NCBI GenBank assembly: GCA_938027685.1
Contig: CALJAM010000005.1
Location: 18,854 to 82,853 of the forward strand
Source: an uncultured Bryobacteraceae bacterium
GTDB lineage: Bacteria > Acidobacteriota > Terriglobia > Bryobacterales > Bryobacteraceae
Direction of reading: 5' to 3'
Length of the DNA: 64,000 bases
The notes under the pieces: generated by a model
Seen by the model: the letters and a program-made list of their open reading frames with translations, nothing else
What the model was told of the DNA's origin: nothing
Database searches by the model: none
Made by a program: the position numbers and the translations under genes
Shown: piece by piece, positions 1 to 9,540 of the stretch
Numbering within the stretch: position 1 is the first letter of the stretch
How the letters are laid out: every line of letters starts with the position of its first letter

Positions 1-1236
1 GTTCGCCGCGGCGCCGCCGTCCACGCGTAGCTCCCGTAAGGGCTGGCCCGCGTCCCTCTCCATCGCCACGATCAGGTCGCGCGTCTGATAGGCGATGCTC
101 TCCAGCGCGGCGCGCACGATGTGGGCGCGCGCGGCGGCCCGCGTCAGACCCGTCAGGATGCCTCGAGCAGCCGGGTCCCAATGCGGCGCGCCCAGGCCGA
201 CAAACGCGGGCACCAGGTAAACGCCCGCCGTGTCGGCGACCGAAGTCGCCAGCGCTTCCGATTCCGCGGCCGTGGCGAGCAGCCCGAGCTGGTCGCGCAG
301 CCATTGCACCGCCGCCCCGGCGATGAAAACGCTGCCCTCGATGGCAAATTGCGGGCTTGCATCAGGCGAAGCCGCGCGAGTGGCAAGCAGGCGGTTCTCC
401 GAGACAGGCACGGCGTCGCCGGTGTGCAGCAGAGCGAAACATCCCGTGCCATAAGTGTTCTTGCAGAGGCCGGCCCGAAAGCAGGCTTGCCCGGCCAATG
501 CCGCCTGCTGATCCCCCGCGATGCCGGCGATCGGAATCTCTGAGCCCAGCCACGCGGCGTCCGCCAATCCTACGATCGAGCTGGAAGGGCGGATGGCCGG
601 CAGCATGGAACGGGGGACGTCGAAGCATTCGAGCAAAACCGGATCCCAATCGCCCGAGGCGAGGTGCATCAAAAGGGTGCGCGAGGCGTTGGAAGGATCG
701 GTGACGTGCACACGCCCGCGGGTCAGCTTCCAGACCAGCCAGGTATCCACCGTGCCGAAGGCCAGCTCTCCGGCCCGCGCGCGGGCCTGCATTCCCGGCA
801 CGTGGTCAAGGATCCAGCGAATCTTGCTGGCCGAGAAATAGGGATCCACGACCAGACCGGTGCGACGCGTGATTTCGGCGGCCGCGGGCGAGGCCGCCAG
901 GCGGGCGCAGTAATCCGCCGTGCGGCGGCATTGCCACACGATCGCGGGCGCGACCGGCCGTCCGCTCGCGCGTTCCCAAACAATCGTGGTCTCGCGCTGG
1001 TTGGTGATGCCGATCGCGCCAATCTGCCGCGGGGCAATCCCGCAACGTTCGATCAGGAGGCGGGCGGCCGCAAGCTGGGCCTGCCAGATCTCTTCCGGAT
1101 CCTGTTCGACCCAGCCCGGCTGCGGGTACCTCGGCTGGATCGGCGCCGATTCCATTGCGATGCGGCGGCCTTCGCGATCGTATAGCGCGGCGCGCGCGCT
1201 CGTAGTTCCCTCGTCCAAGGCAAGCACGTACTCCAT
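1..1236 (-). CDS. glpK: glycerol kinase (C-terminus cut by window edge)
   Basis: The minus-strand frame is open from the ATG at 1236 to base 1, so it is absent from the ORF track. My translation starts MEYVLALDEGTTSARAALYDREGRR. It contains AFGTVDTWLVWKLTRGRVHVTDPSNASRTLLMHL and ends at the edge with ELRVDGGAAAN. These are classic FGGY/glycerol kinase motifs. Confidence 0.9.
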   Translation of the reverse strand, partial: MEYVLALDEGTTSARAALYDREGRRIAMESAPIQPRYPQPGWVEQDPEEIWQAQLAAARLLIERCGIAPRQIGAIGITNQRETTIVWERASGRPVAPAIVWQCRRTADYCARLAASPAAAEITRRTGLVVDPYFSASKIRWILDHVPGMQARARAGELAFGTVDTWLVWKLTRGRVHVTDPSNASRTLLMHLASGDWDPVLLECFDVPRSMLPAIRPSSSIVGLADAAWLGSEIPIAGIAGDQQAALAGQACFRAGLCKNTYGTGCFALLHTGDAVPVSENRLLATRAASPDASPQFAIEGSVFIAGAAVQWLRDQLGLLATAAESEALATSVADTAGVYLVPAFVGLGAPHWDPAARGILTGLTRAAARAHIVRAALESIAYQTRDLIVAMERDAGQPLRELRVDGGAAAN

Positions 1237-1396
1237 GGCCGTCCACCAGGCCCCGCACGTCCAGCGGGGCGAATCGAACAGCGTACCGCGAACGCCGCCC
1301 GCCCGGAGGGCGGTCCTCAGCGGGCCGGGCCCAACGTCGGCCTCGCCGATGCACGCCGTGCAAACGGGCAGGGGTCTACAATCGACATTAGGGGCT

Positions 1397-2236
1397 ATGG
1401 TTGTCGAGATCGAAGGCGTGCCGCTGCACCTGGCGCACCCGGACGAGCTGCCAGTCCGCTGGGTCGGACAGCAGGAGGTCATGCGGCAGTTGCTGGCCGC
1501 GTGGATGGTAGTCGGCCCGGGCGACCTGCCGATGAATCCCCGGCTGATCGGCAAGCCGGGCGTGGGCAAGACCACGCTGGCCTACGCGGCGGCCAAGAAA
1601 CTGGGCCGGGAAGTCTACATCATGCAGGCCACCGTGGACACGCGCCCGGAAGACCTCATCGTGCAGCCGGTCATCGAAGGCGAATCCAGACTGCGCTACG
1701 TGGCCTCGCCCCTGGTGACGGCGATGATCCGCGGCGGCGTGGCCATCCTCGATGAGGGCAACCGCATGAGCGAGAAGAGTTGGGCCTCGCTGGCGCCGCT
1801 GCTCGACAGCCGCCGCTACGTGGAGTCGATCGTTGCGGGCATCAAGATCAAGGCGCACCCGGATTTCCGACTCGTAACCACGATGAACGACGATGCCTCG
1901 ACCTTCGATCTGCCCGAGTACATCCACTCCCGGCTCCAGCCGCAGATCCTGATCGATTTTCCCGAGCGCGATGAAGAGTATCTGATTCTCAAGGAAAACC
2001 TGCCCTTCGGCGACGAGAAGATCCTCCAGTACGTGACCGATTTCCTGCAGCAGGCGCACGCTGCCGACGAGCGTTACACCGTACGAGACGGCATCAACAT
2101 CGCGCGCTACGCCATGAAGTTGCGCAGCACCGCGACCGAAGTGTGGCAGTACGAGCGCGCGCTGGAGATGGCGATCTTCGAAATCCTGGGCGAAGAGGCG
2201 CTGCGGTATGTCCCGCGAGTCCGATCGCCTGCCTGA
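1397..2236 (+). CDS. AAA+ ATPase, AAA_5 / MoxR-like family
   Basis: Internal ATG at 1397 in the frame of ORF 920..2236; upstream of it that frame lies antisense to glpK. Walker A is GKPGVGKTT and Walker B is VAILDEGNR. Length (279 aa) and layout fit single-domain MoxR/AAA_5 ATPases. Confidence 0.8.
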   Translation: MVVEIEGVPLHLAHPDELPVRWVGQQEVMRQLLAAWMVVGPGDLPMNPRLIGKPGVGKTTLAYAAAKKLGREVYIMQATVDTRPEDLIVQPVIEGESRLRYVASPLVTAMIRGGVAILDEGNRMSEKSWASLAPLLDSRRYVESIVAGIKIKAHPDFRLVTTMNDDASTFDLPEYIHSRLQPQILIDFPERDEEYLILKENLPFGDEKILQYVTDFLQQAHAADERYTVRDGINIARYAMKLRSTATEVWQYERALEMAIFEILGEEALRYVPRVRSPA

Positions 2237-4046
2237 GAGCTTCGATCCAGCGAACCTGCGCCGCGGGCGTTTCCTCTATCTGCCGGTCGTTCCCGGGCGC
2301 ATGGAATTCGCCGTCGAAGTGCGGCGGCGGCTGTTGCGCGAGCGGCCGCAAGTGGTGGCGGTCGAGCTCCCGCAGTCGCTGGCGGGCGCTTACCTGGAAG
2401 CCGTCCGACGTCTGCCGCAGATCACTGTCCTGTTCTACCCGGATCCGCAGCAGGAGGAGGAAGCCGTCTACCTGCCGGTCGAGCCCGCCGATCCGTTCAC
2501 GGAGGCCATCCGTACGGCGCTGGAGATCGGCGCCGAGATCCTGTTTGCGGATCCCGATCTGAGTGACCGTCCGCACGTGCCGGACCGTTACCCGGATCCC
2601 TACGCGATTCGGCGCATCGGTTTCGAGAAGTACGTAGAGGCTTACCGCTTATGGCCGCAGCCGCGCGAGGCGGAAGTTCACGAGCACGCGGCCGGCGTGG
2701 CCTGGAAACTCCAGGGCGCCGACCCGCTGGCGCGCATCGCGGTCGTGCTCTCCCTCAATCTCTTGGATCCGGTGCTGGATGCCATGGAAGAGCCGCAGGA
2801 CGAACCGGCGCGCAGGTTGCCTGCTCGCCAGGTCGAACTCATCAACCCGCATCCGGAATGTCTGGCCGAGATTACCATCGAGTACCCGTATCTTCAGCAC
2901 CGATATGAGCAATTCCGGACGCGAATGGGCCCGGAGTCGCTCATCGATCGTCCTCGCGTGCAGGTGGCGCTGTTGCGGGAGGCCGAAACCAGTTACCAGA
3001 AGAATACGGGCGAGAAAGTCGAACATTGGCAGCGCATCCTTCTGGCGCGCTATTCGCGCAATCTCGCGATCGCGGCCGGCGATCTGACGGCGAGCCTCTA
3101 CGATCTGACCGTGGCGGCGCGCTCCATCGTGGACGACAACTACGCGTGGGAAGTCTGGGAGACCGGCAACCGTTACCCGGCCCAGAAGGAGGAAAGCGAT
3201 CTGGAAACGCTGCGGCTGTCGGCGGATGCTGTGTGGCGGGAGACCCGCAAAATCCGCCTGCGCAGGCGCCTGCCGCGTCCAAAGCAAATGCTCCGCCCGT
3301 TGCCCGTGAAGCGCCGCTCCAAAGAAAAGCATCCCGGCGAATGGGCCCGCCAGTTCGATGGCAACGCCATCTGCTCCTATCCGCCCGAGGATATCGTGAT
3401 CGAAGACTACGGCCGCAGGCTCAAGCAGAAAGCGCGGAGCATTCTCTCGGAAGAACGTTCGCGCACGGAGCCTTTCACGACGTCGTTACTGGACGGCATC
3501 GATCTGCGAGAAACCATCCGCCGCTGGTATGAAGGCAAGATCTACGTCCGGCAATTCCAAAAGATCGCCGGGGAAGTGGGCGCCCTGATCGTCATCTTCG
3601 ACGAGGATCGCGAGAACCGTTACAACTGGCTGACCACCTGGCTGGGCGAGCACCAAAACGAATCCGATATGGCTTTTTACTCCACCAACCCGTTCGAGCA
3701 TTTGGTTGGACCCGGCATTGGGCGTGCCGAGTACGGCGGCTTCCTGATGACGCTGCCGCCCCGGCGGATGGTGGATGTGTGGAGCGATCCGGATTACGAC
3801 TTTGCCGAAACCAAGCCGGAGCGGCTTTTGCTGGCGGGCCTGGATTATTCGATCCACCGATACGTGGTTTACGTCGCGGCCCGTCCGCCGCGCTCGATTT
3901 TCCGGCAGATCGCCTACCGACTGGGGCGGCAGATTCTCTACATACCCATCGGGCAGCTTCCCCCGGACAAACTGAAAAAGATCCGCGTGGTCCACGTGCT
4001 GGACAGCCACGAGCGGCGCAAGGAAGCGGCCAAGTACATCTGGTGA
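2208..4046 (+). CDS. conserved hypothetical protein, N-terminus TraB/DUF5682-like (tentative)
   Basis: 612-aa ORF overlapping the ATPase gene by 29 nt. The N-terminal pattern is LYLPVVPGRMEFAVEVRRRLLRERPQVVAVELP...ITVLFYPD...PADPFTEAIRTALEIGAEILFADPDL. It resembles the TraB/GumN and DUF5682 layout from memory. No VWA DxSxS motif was seen. Confidence 0.65.
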   Translation: MSRESDRLPESFDPANLRRGRFLYLPVVPGRMEFAVEVRRRLLRERPQVVAVELPQSLAGAYLEAVRRLPQITVLFYPDPQQEEEAVYLPVEPADPFTEAIRTALEIGAEILFADPDLSDRPHVPDRYPDPYAIRRIGFEKYVEAYRLWPQPREAEVHEHAAGVAWKLQGADPLARIAVVLSLNLLDPVLDAMEEPQDEPARRLPARQVELINPHPECLAEITIEYPYLQHRYEQFRTRMGPESLIDRPRVQVALLREAETSYQKNTGEKVEHWQRILLARYSRNLAIAAGDLTASLYDLTVAARSIVDDNYAWEVWETGNRYPAQKEESDLETLRLSADAVWRETRKIRLRRRLPRPKQMLRPLPVKRRSKEKHPGEWARQFDGNAICSYPPEDIVIEDYGRRLKQKARSILSEERSRTEPFTTSLLDGIDLRETIRRWYEGKIYVRQFQKIAGEVGALIVIFDEDRENRYNWLTTWLGEHQNESDMAFYSTNPFEHLVGPGIGRAEYGGFLMTLPPRRMVDVWSDPDYDFAETKPERLLLAGLDYSIHRYVVYVAARPPRSIFRQIAYRLGRQILYIPIGQLPPDKLKKIRVVHVLDSHERRKEAAKYIW

Positions 4047-5158
4047 TGACCGTGGCCGTCTCCGGCAGCCCTGCGGCGCGTGGCCGGGGCAAGCAAGGAC
4101 CGTACTGGTCGCCCGCAGCGCTTGCTGTTGCGCTCGCGATCTGGGCCGCCGCCGCATGGTGGATTCAGCCGCCGTGCTTGGCGAGCAGCGATTTCTATGC
4201 TTTCTGGGCGGCGGCCCGGCTGGCAGACAGCCGGATGTACGATCCGGCAGCCGTCGAGGCCCTGCAACGCAGCGAGTGCCCCGAGGTGAGGAGCAAACGC
4301 TTTATCCGGCCCGCCATCGAAGGTCTGGCGCTCTACCCGCTGGGGCAATTGCCGTATCGGACCGCCTACGCGATCTGGTTCGCTCTGAATGCAGGCGCCT
4401 GTCTGGCTGTTCTCGGCGTGAGCAGGCGCAAACCGGCCGAGATTCTCGCTGCGGCCTTGTACGCACCATTGGTCTGGAATTTCGGTCTCGCGCAGGACGC
4501 GCCCTTGCTGCTGTTCGCTTTCACGGCCGGCGTCCGACTCATCGCCCAAGGACGGCCTTCCAGCGGGGGCGCCTTGCTCGCACTCTGCTTGGTGAAGCCT
4601 AACATCTTCTTCGCAGCTCCGCTGGTCGTGGCTTCGCGGAAGCAATGGCGCGCCTTGGGCGGCATGGCTGTTACTTCGGGAGCAATGTACCTCGCGGCGG
4701 CTGCCGCTGTTGGCTACGACTGGCCGATACGCTTTCTGAAGGCCGCTCTGGAAAACGAAAACGTGATTTCACCTAACATCGTGGGACTGGCGGGTCTTAT
4801 ACCGGATTCCGGCCGGTCCATATCGCTTAAGATCGCCCTCGCCGCCGCGGGCGCGGTCCTAACCCTGGCGTGGACGAGAAGACAGACTCCTGAGGCCGCC
4901 TTGCACTCGGCGTTGGCCGCCGGCCTCGTCTTCGGCCCGCGCGCCATGATTTACGACGGCGCATTCCTGCTTCCTACGCTGCTCAGCCGGTTGAAGCCGT
5001 CGGAAACCGTCGTGGCGGGTCTCGCACTGAGTTTAGTGGTCACTCCTGCACGTCCCCTAGTGGAACTGGCGTCACCTGCCTGGCTCTGGCTGGCCGCCTC
5101 CGCTCGCTCGCGTGAAGCGATACCCTCCTCCGGCCCCACTCCGCCCCGGGCGCCTTGA
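4046..5158 (+). CDS. polytopic membrane protein, DUF2029 / glycosyltransferase family 87-like
   Basis: The ATG at 4046 overlaps the upstream TGA (GTGATGA). There are many hydrophobic segments. The N-terminal DFYAFWAAARL...MYD motif is typical of GT87/DUF2029 proteins. The part of ORF 3779..5158 before 4046 overlaps the previous gene. Confidence 0.6.
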   Translation: MTVAVSGSPAARGRGKQGPYWSPAALAVALAIWAAAAWWIQPPCLASSDFYAFWAAARLADSRMYDPAAVEALQRSECPEVRSKRFIRPAIEGLALYPLGQLPYRTAYAIWFALNAGACLAVLGVSRRKPAEILAAALYAPLVWNFGLAQDAPLLLFAFTAGVRLIAQGRPSSGGALLALCLVKPNIFFAAPLVVASRKQWRALGGMAVTSGAMYLAAAAAVGYDWPIRFLKAALENENVISPNIVGLAGLIPDSGRSISLKIALAAAGAVLTLAWTRRQTPEAALHSALAAGLVFGPRAMIYDGAFLLPTLLSRLKPSETVVAGLALSLVVTPARPLVELASPAWLWLAASARSREAIPSSGPTPPRAP

Positions 5159-5256
5159 CGGCGCTGAGACGACGGTGTCAAAGTATCCTTCTCCGGCCGA
5201 GACGCGCGGGAGCGACACAGGCCGCGCGGCGCGGCCGAGACGTTCGAGGAGCTCCG

Positions 5257-6441
5257 ATGGATCCGAACCGCAGGGTATTTTTGACCGAAGCGGCAGCGAT
5301 CGCCGCGCCTATGTTCGTTCCACGCCGCGCCTTCGGCGCCAACGACCGGCTCACCTACGGCGTCATCGGGACTGGCGGCCGAGGCCGCTACCTGAACCGT
5401 GTCTTCCAAAAGCTGGGCGCGCAGTGCGTCGCCCTGTGCGACGTCTATGAACCCAACTTACAAGAGGCGCAAAAGGACGCGCCCGAGGCTAAGACTTATT
5501 GGGATTACCGCGAGCTGCTGACCCAGCCGGGCATGGATTTCGTGGTCATTGCCACCCCCGATCACTGGCACTGCCCGCAACTGCTCGACGCGGTGGCCGC
5601 AGGCAAGGATGTCTACCTCGAGAAGCCCATGTCCCATTCGCTGGAAGAGAGCAAGCGAATGATCGAAGCCGTGCGCCGCACCAAGCGCGTGGTTCAGGTG
5701 GGCATGCAGCGGCGTAGCGCGCCCGTCATCGCAAAAGCCGAAAAGGTGATCGCCGACGGTGCGCTGGGCAAGATCTCGATGGTCAAGCCGATGTGGAACT
5801 GGAACACGGCGCGCCCGCTCAACAATTCACCGCTGCCCGGCAAACTGGACTGGGAGCGTTTTCTGGGCAAGGCGCCCAAGCGACCCTTGGAGCCGATGCG
5901 CTTCCGCTCCTGGCGTTGCTTCTGGGACTATTCGGGCGGGCACATGACGGATCAGGGCACGCACCTGATGGATTGCGTTTTGCGCTTCACGCGCAGCGGC
6001 CCGCCGCGTTCGGCCGTGTGCTGGGGCGAAGTGGTGAAGATGACCGGTGCGGAGTGCCCTGAAGTGTTCTGCGCCGTGTTCGAATTTCCCGGCTTCGTCT
6101 GCACCTGGACCCTGAACTACTGCAACTCCTATGAGAACGGCTGGTCCATCACGTTCCAGGGTGACGAAGCTACGTTGATCCTGGACGAGGCCGGATTCCG
6201 CCTCTACAAGGAACCCTGGGCCAAGCCGGAGAATCGCAAGCCGGTGATGGATGTGCGCGAAGGCGTGCCTACAGAAGCCCATTTGCAGAACTTCTTGGAT
6301 TGCATCAAAACGCGGCAGGACCCGACCTGCCCTGTCGAGGTGGGTGCGAACGCCGTGGCGGGGCCGCATTTGGCCAACATCGCCTTCCGGAAGGGTCGTC
6401 GCGCACGCCTCAGCCCGGACGGCTTCCGCGCCATCGTCTGA
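5257..6441 (+). CDS. Gfo/Idh/MocA family oxidoreductase with twin-arginine signal
   Basis: ATG at 5257 is preceded by GAGGAG. MDPNRRVFLTEAAAIAAP is a Tat-type signal. GVIGTGGRGR is the Rossmann motif, and DVYLEKPM is the family signature (EKP). Confidence 0.85.
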   Translation: MDPNRRVFLTEAAAIAAPMFVPRRAFGANDRLTYGVIGTGGRGRYLNRVFQKLGAQCVALCDVYEPNLQEAQKDAPEAKTYWDYRELLTQPGMDFVVIATPDHWHCPQLLDAVAAGKDVYLEKPMSHSLEESKRMIEAVRRTKRVVQVGMQRRSAPVIAKAEKVIADGALGKISMVKPMWNWNTARPLNNSPLPGKLDWERFLGKAPKRPLEPMRFRSWRCFWDYSGGHMTDQGTHLMDCVLRFTRSGPPRSAVCWGEVVKMTGAECPEVFCAVFEFPGFVCTWTLNYCNSYENGWSITFQGDEATLILDEAGFRLYKEPWAKPENRKPVMDVREGVPTEAHLQNFLDCIKTRQDPTCPVEVGANAVAGPHLANIAFRKGRRARLSPDGFRAIV

Positions 6442-6456
6442 TCACAGCCGGAACTC

Positions 6457-7365
6457 TCAGCGCAACATCCCGCGGACGACCACGTCCACCGCTTCCGCCT
6501 CCGACAGACCGCGCGCCATCAGCGTCTCGATCTGCTTCTTGTCGACGCTGCCGATGGCCGCCTCATGCGTGAGCTTGGCGCGTTGGTCGTTGACGAGCAG
6601 CTTCGGGATCGCACTAGCGCGCGCCTCCGGCCCGGTCAGAATCTCGACGCAATCCACGTGGCCGCGTGCGTAAGGCGCATTGCCCGTCACCTCGCCGATG
6701 ACTTCGCTCGTGCACTGCTCCGACGCCACCACGCGCGTCTTCGCCAGGCCGCGAGAGTTCTCGCCGTTCAACACCAGCGATTCCTTGATGACGATGCTGT
6801 CTCTGGCTTTGCCGTAAACCTTCGCGTCGAGCTCACAGGCCGCATCGCGCCCCAGCTCCGCGAGGTAGTCGAGGCGGACCACACCCGCAGCGCCCTCGAC
6901 CAGCTTGAACACGCTGCGGTAAAAGCCGCCTTCCTCGATCAGGATGTGCGCTACCGGCAGGACTTCGACGCCTCCCTGCGGTCCGTGATAGTGCGTCTCG
7001 GCGTACTCCATGCGGGCGCCCTTCCCTACCCGAATGCGGGCCTGCATCAGGTGTCGAACGCGCTCCGCGTTGGGGAACGAACAATGGGCTACAAATGACA
7101 CCTGTGCTCCGTCGCCGATGTCGAACTGCGAAACGATCTCCTGGACGCCCTCCTTTGGGAGTACGCCGAAACAGAGATGAACCGGCTGGGCCAGTCTCAC
7201 GCCGGGCTCGACCACGATGCGAGCGCGAGCGCCCGTCGGGGTCTCCTCGCCTTCGATGTGGAGCCCGTCGACACTACGGCAGCGGAGGATGCGGTTATGG
7301 CTGACGGCAAGCCCTGCGAACCGGTCGTGGAGCAATAAGGCACGCGGGGCTCCCGCCGGCTCCAT
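6457..7365 (-). CDS. SufB/SufD family Fe-S assembly protein (short, SmsB-like)
   Basis: The C-terminus AKLTHEAAIGSVDKKQIETLMARGLSEAEAVDVVVRGML is the SufB/SufD signature. The start is ambiguous. ATG at 7365 is chosen; TTG at 7452 would overlap sufC by 53 nt. Confidence 0.75.
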   Translation of the reverse strand: MEPAGAPRALLLHDRFAGLAVSHNRILRCRSVDGLHIEGEETPTGARARIVVEPGVRLAQPVHLCFGVLPKEGVQEIVSQFDIGDGAQVSFVAHCSFPNAERVRHLMQARIRVGKGARMEYAETHYHGPQGGVEVLPVAHILIEEGGFYRSVFKLVEGAAGVVRLDYLAELGRDAACELDAKVYGKARDSIVIKESLVLNGENSRGLAKTRVVASEQCTSEVIGEVTGNAPYARGHVDCVEILTGPEARASAIPKLLVNDQRAKLTHEAAIGSVDKKQIETLMARGLSEAEAVDVVVRGMLR

Positions 7366-7399
7366 GGCGGCTGAAAGCTCGGTCAGTTCCGTGGCTGTC

Positions 7400-8140
7400 T
7401 CAGGCACCGGCCACCTCCTCAGCCCGGGGCTCGTTAACGTGCAGACACTCAAGGCAGTGGTTGCGATAGAAGCGGGCGATGGCTGCCGGGTCTCCGGTTT
7501 TCAGTATGGTCCCTCCGCACAGCGAGGATGCGCGATCGGCGACGGCCGCAACGTGCTCGTGATGGGTGATGAGAAGAACAGCGCCCCCGTTCCGCGCGAG
7601 AGTGCGGATCACGTCCACAATGTTCTCGATAGCCAGCGGATCGATGCCTGAGTCGGGCTCGTCCAGAATGGCGAGTTTCGGCATCATTGCCAGCACCGAA
7701 GCCAGCTCGACCCTGCGTCGCTCGCCCCCGCTCAACGTGGCATCCACCGCACGGCGCAGGTATTTCTCGGGCGCCAGGCCCACTTTGCGCAAGCACTCAC
7801 TCGGACCGAGGTCGCCGTTGCGGCCGTGCCGGCGGGCCAGCTCCAGATACTCCGCCACCGTCAGCCCTTCGAAGCGCGCCGGCTCCTGCCAGGCCAGGGT
7901 GATGCCCCGGCGGGCACGCTCCCACGCGGGCAGCTCGGTGATGTCTTCGCCCTGAAACAGGATGCGACCGGCGGTGGGACGATACCCACTGAGGCCCATG
8001 ATCAGGGACGCGAGCGTGGACTTACCGGTCCCGTTGGCGCCCAGAATGCTGTGGATCTCAGCTTCGCGGATGTGCAGATTCAAATCGTGCAAAATCGGCT
8101 TGCCGTCGAGAACTAGCGCGATGTTTTCCACCTTGAGCAT
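7400..8140 (-). CDS. sufC: Fe-S cluster assembly ATPase SufC-like (ABC ATPase)
   Basis: ATG at 8140 gives MLKVENI. Walker A GANGTGKST, signature LSGGERRR and Walker B LAILDEPDSGID are present. It sits directly upstream of the SufBD gene. Confidence 0.85.
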   Translation of the reverse strand: MLKVENIALVLDGKPILHDLNLHIREAEIHSILGANGTGKSTLASLIMGLSGYRPTAGRILFQGEDITELPAWERARRGITLAWQEPARFEGLTVAEYLELARRHGRNGDLGPSECLRKVGLAPEKYLRRAVDATLSGGERRRVELASVLAMMPKLAILDEPDSGIDPLAIENIVDVIRTLARNGGAVLLITHHEHVAAVADRASSLCGGTILKTGDPAAIARFYRNHCLECLHVNEPRAEEVAGA

Positions 8141-8289
8141 GGCCGCTCGGGCTTGCGGTCGAACACCGTCATCCCCATTATCGCGCACGACTGATTGCGG
8201 CCGGCAGCCCGCATCGCAAAGGAGTATCCTGAAGGTAGCCGGCCGCCGCACCGGGAGGCGGCCCGCAGCCGCGCGCCAGGAGGCGCGAT

Positions 8290-9504
8290 ATGCAGGATAA
8301 GCTCAAGATCGCCGTTTTCATTGACTACGACAACATCGAGATCGGCGTCAAATCCACGCTCAAAGGCGAGTTCGACGTCGGCGTGGTGCTCGACGCCCTC
8401 AAGGAACGCGGCGACATCGTGGCTAAGTTCGCTTACGCGGACTGGGGTCGCAACGAACACGCCAAGCGACAGATGGCGGAGAACGCCGTGCAGATGGTTC
8501 AGCGCGTGATTTCGCCGCGCGGCGACAAGAACGGGGCGGACATCAATCTTGCCCTCGACGCCCTTGAAATGGCCTTCACCCACGACCACATCAACGCCTT
8601 TGCAATCGTCAGCGGCGACAGCGATTTCATTCCGCTGGTCAACAAGTTGAAAATGTACGGAAAGACCGTATTCGTGGTGGGCGGGCGCGCCTTCACGAGC
8701 ACGATCCTTCAGAAGAACTGTCACGAGTTCATCAGCTTCGAGTCGCTGCTGGATAACGAACCGCGCGAGAAGTCGCACGCCCGGCAATCGCGGCCGCAGC
8801 GTCCCCGTCCGGAGCCTCTGGATTTGGCCCAAGCCATGCCGCTGCTGGAGCGCGCGTTGCAAGCCCTGGAGCGGCGCGGCGCGAAGCCGCAGCTCGGGCT
8901 GCTGAAGTCCACGATGCTGCAACTGGATCCCACCTTCAGCGAGAAGGCGTACGGCGCCAGCACCTTCACGGAATTCGTGGAAAAATTGCAGGCCGCAGGC
9001 TTCGTCAACATCACGGGTGCAGAGGGCAGGTATTTCATCGAGCGCAAGCCCGCTGCGCAACCCGAGCGTCCGCCGCTAAAACCCGAGGAAGCCCTGCCCT
9101 TGCTGCGCGATGTGCTGGAAACCCATCGACTGGAGATGGACAACGGCGTTCTTGCCGAGGAATTGGAGGCGTGGGTCAAACAGGAGCACCCCGATTTCGA
9201 CTGCAAGCGGTACGGCTTCCAGGAGTTTACCGAGCTGCTGAACTTCGCTCAGGACAAGCTGCTGGTGCGCATCCAGCCTGACGAGGAGAAAGGGCTGACG
9301 GTCTTTCTCGGCGCGGAGTTCTACCCGCCGGCGGATGCCGACGTGATCCCTGCCGAGCCCGTGCTGCAGTTCGCGGAGGCCGTGGCCTCGAGCCGGCCGG
9401 CGCGCAGAGCGCGCCGCACGCGAACCAAATCCGGTGCCGAAGCCGGCGCCGCGAAGACCACGCGTTCGGGCCGGCGCAAGAAGTCCGCCCCGGCCGCGAG
9501 TTGA
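8290..9504 (+). CDS. NYN (LabA-like) domain protein with C-terminal OST-HTH/LOTUS-like repeats
   Basis: RBS AGGAGG precedes the ATG. The N-terminus IAVFIDYDNI...NGADINLALDALEMA...FAIVSGDSDFIPLVNKLKMYGKTV matches the NYN/LabA fold. The C-terminal half has two helical modules of the kind fused to NYN in OST-HTH proteins. Confidence 0.8.
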   Translation: MQDKLKIAVFIDYDNIEIGVKSTLKGEFDVGVVLDALKERGDIVAKFAYADWGRNEHAKRQMAENAVQMVQRVISPRGDKNGADINLALDALEMAFTHDHINAFAIVSGDSDFIPLVNKLKMYGKTVFVVGGRAFTSTILQKNCHEFISFESLLDNEPREKSHARQSRPQRPRPEPLDLAQAMPLLERALQALERRGAKPQLGLLKSTMLQLDPTFSEKAYGASTFTEFVEKLQAAGFVNITGAEGRYFIERKPAAQPERPPLKPEEALPLLRDVLETHRLEMDNGVLAEELEAWVKQEHPDFDCKRYGFQEFTELLNFAQDKLLVRIQPDEEKGLTVFLGAEFYPPADADVIPAEPVLQFAEAVASSRPARRARRTRTKSGAEAGAAKTTRSGRRKKSAPAAS

Positions 9505-9540
9505 CGCGGCCAGGCCCGCGCATGTTGTAAATTGAGCGGC

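Noticed and set aside
920-1396. N-terminal extension of the AAA ATPase ORF (track start 920)
   Set aside because: The extension overlaps the glpK coding region on the opposite strand and has no ATPase-like sequence. The ATPase fold begins shortly after the ATG at 1397.
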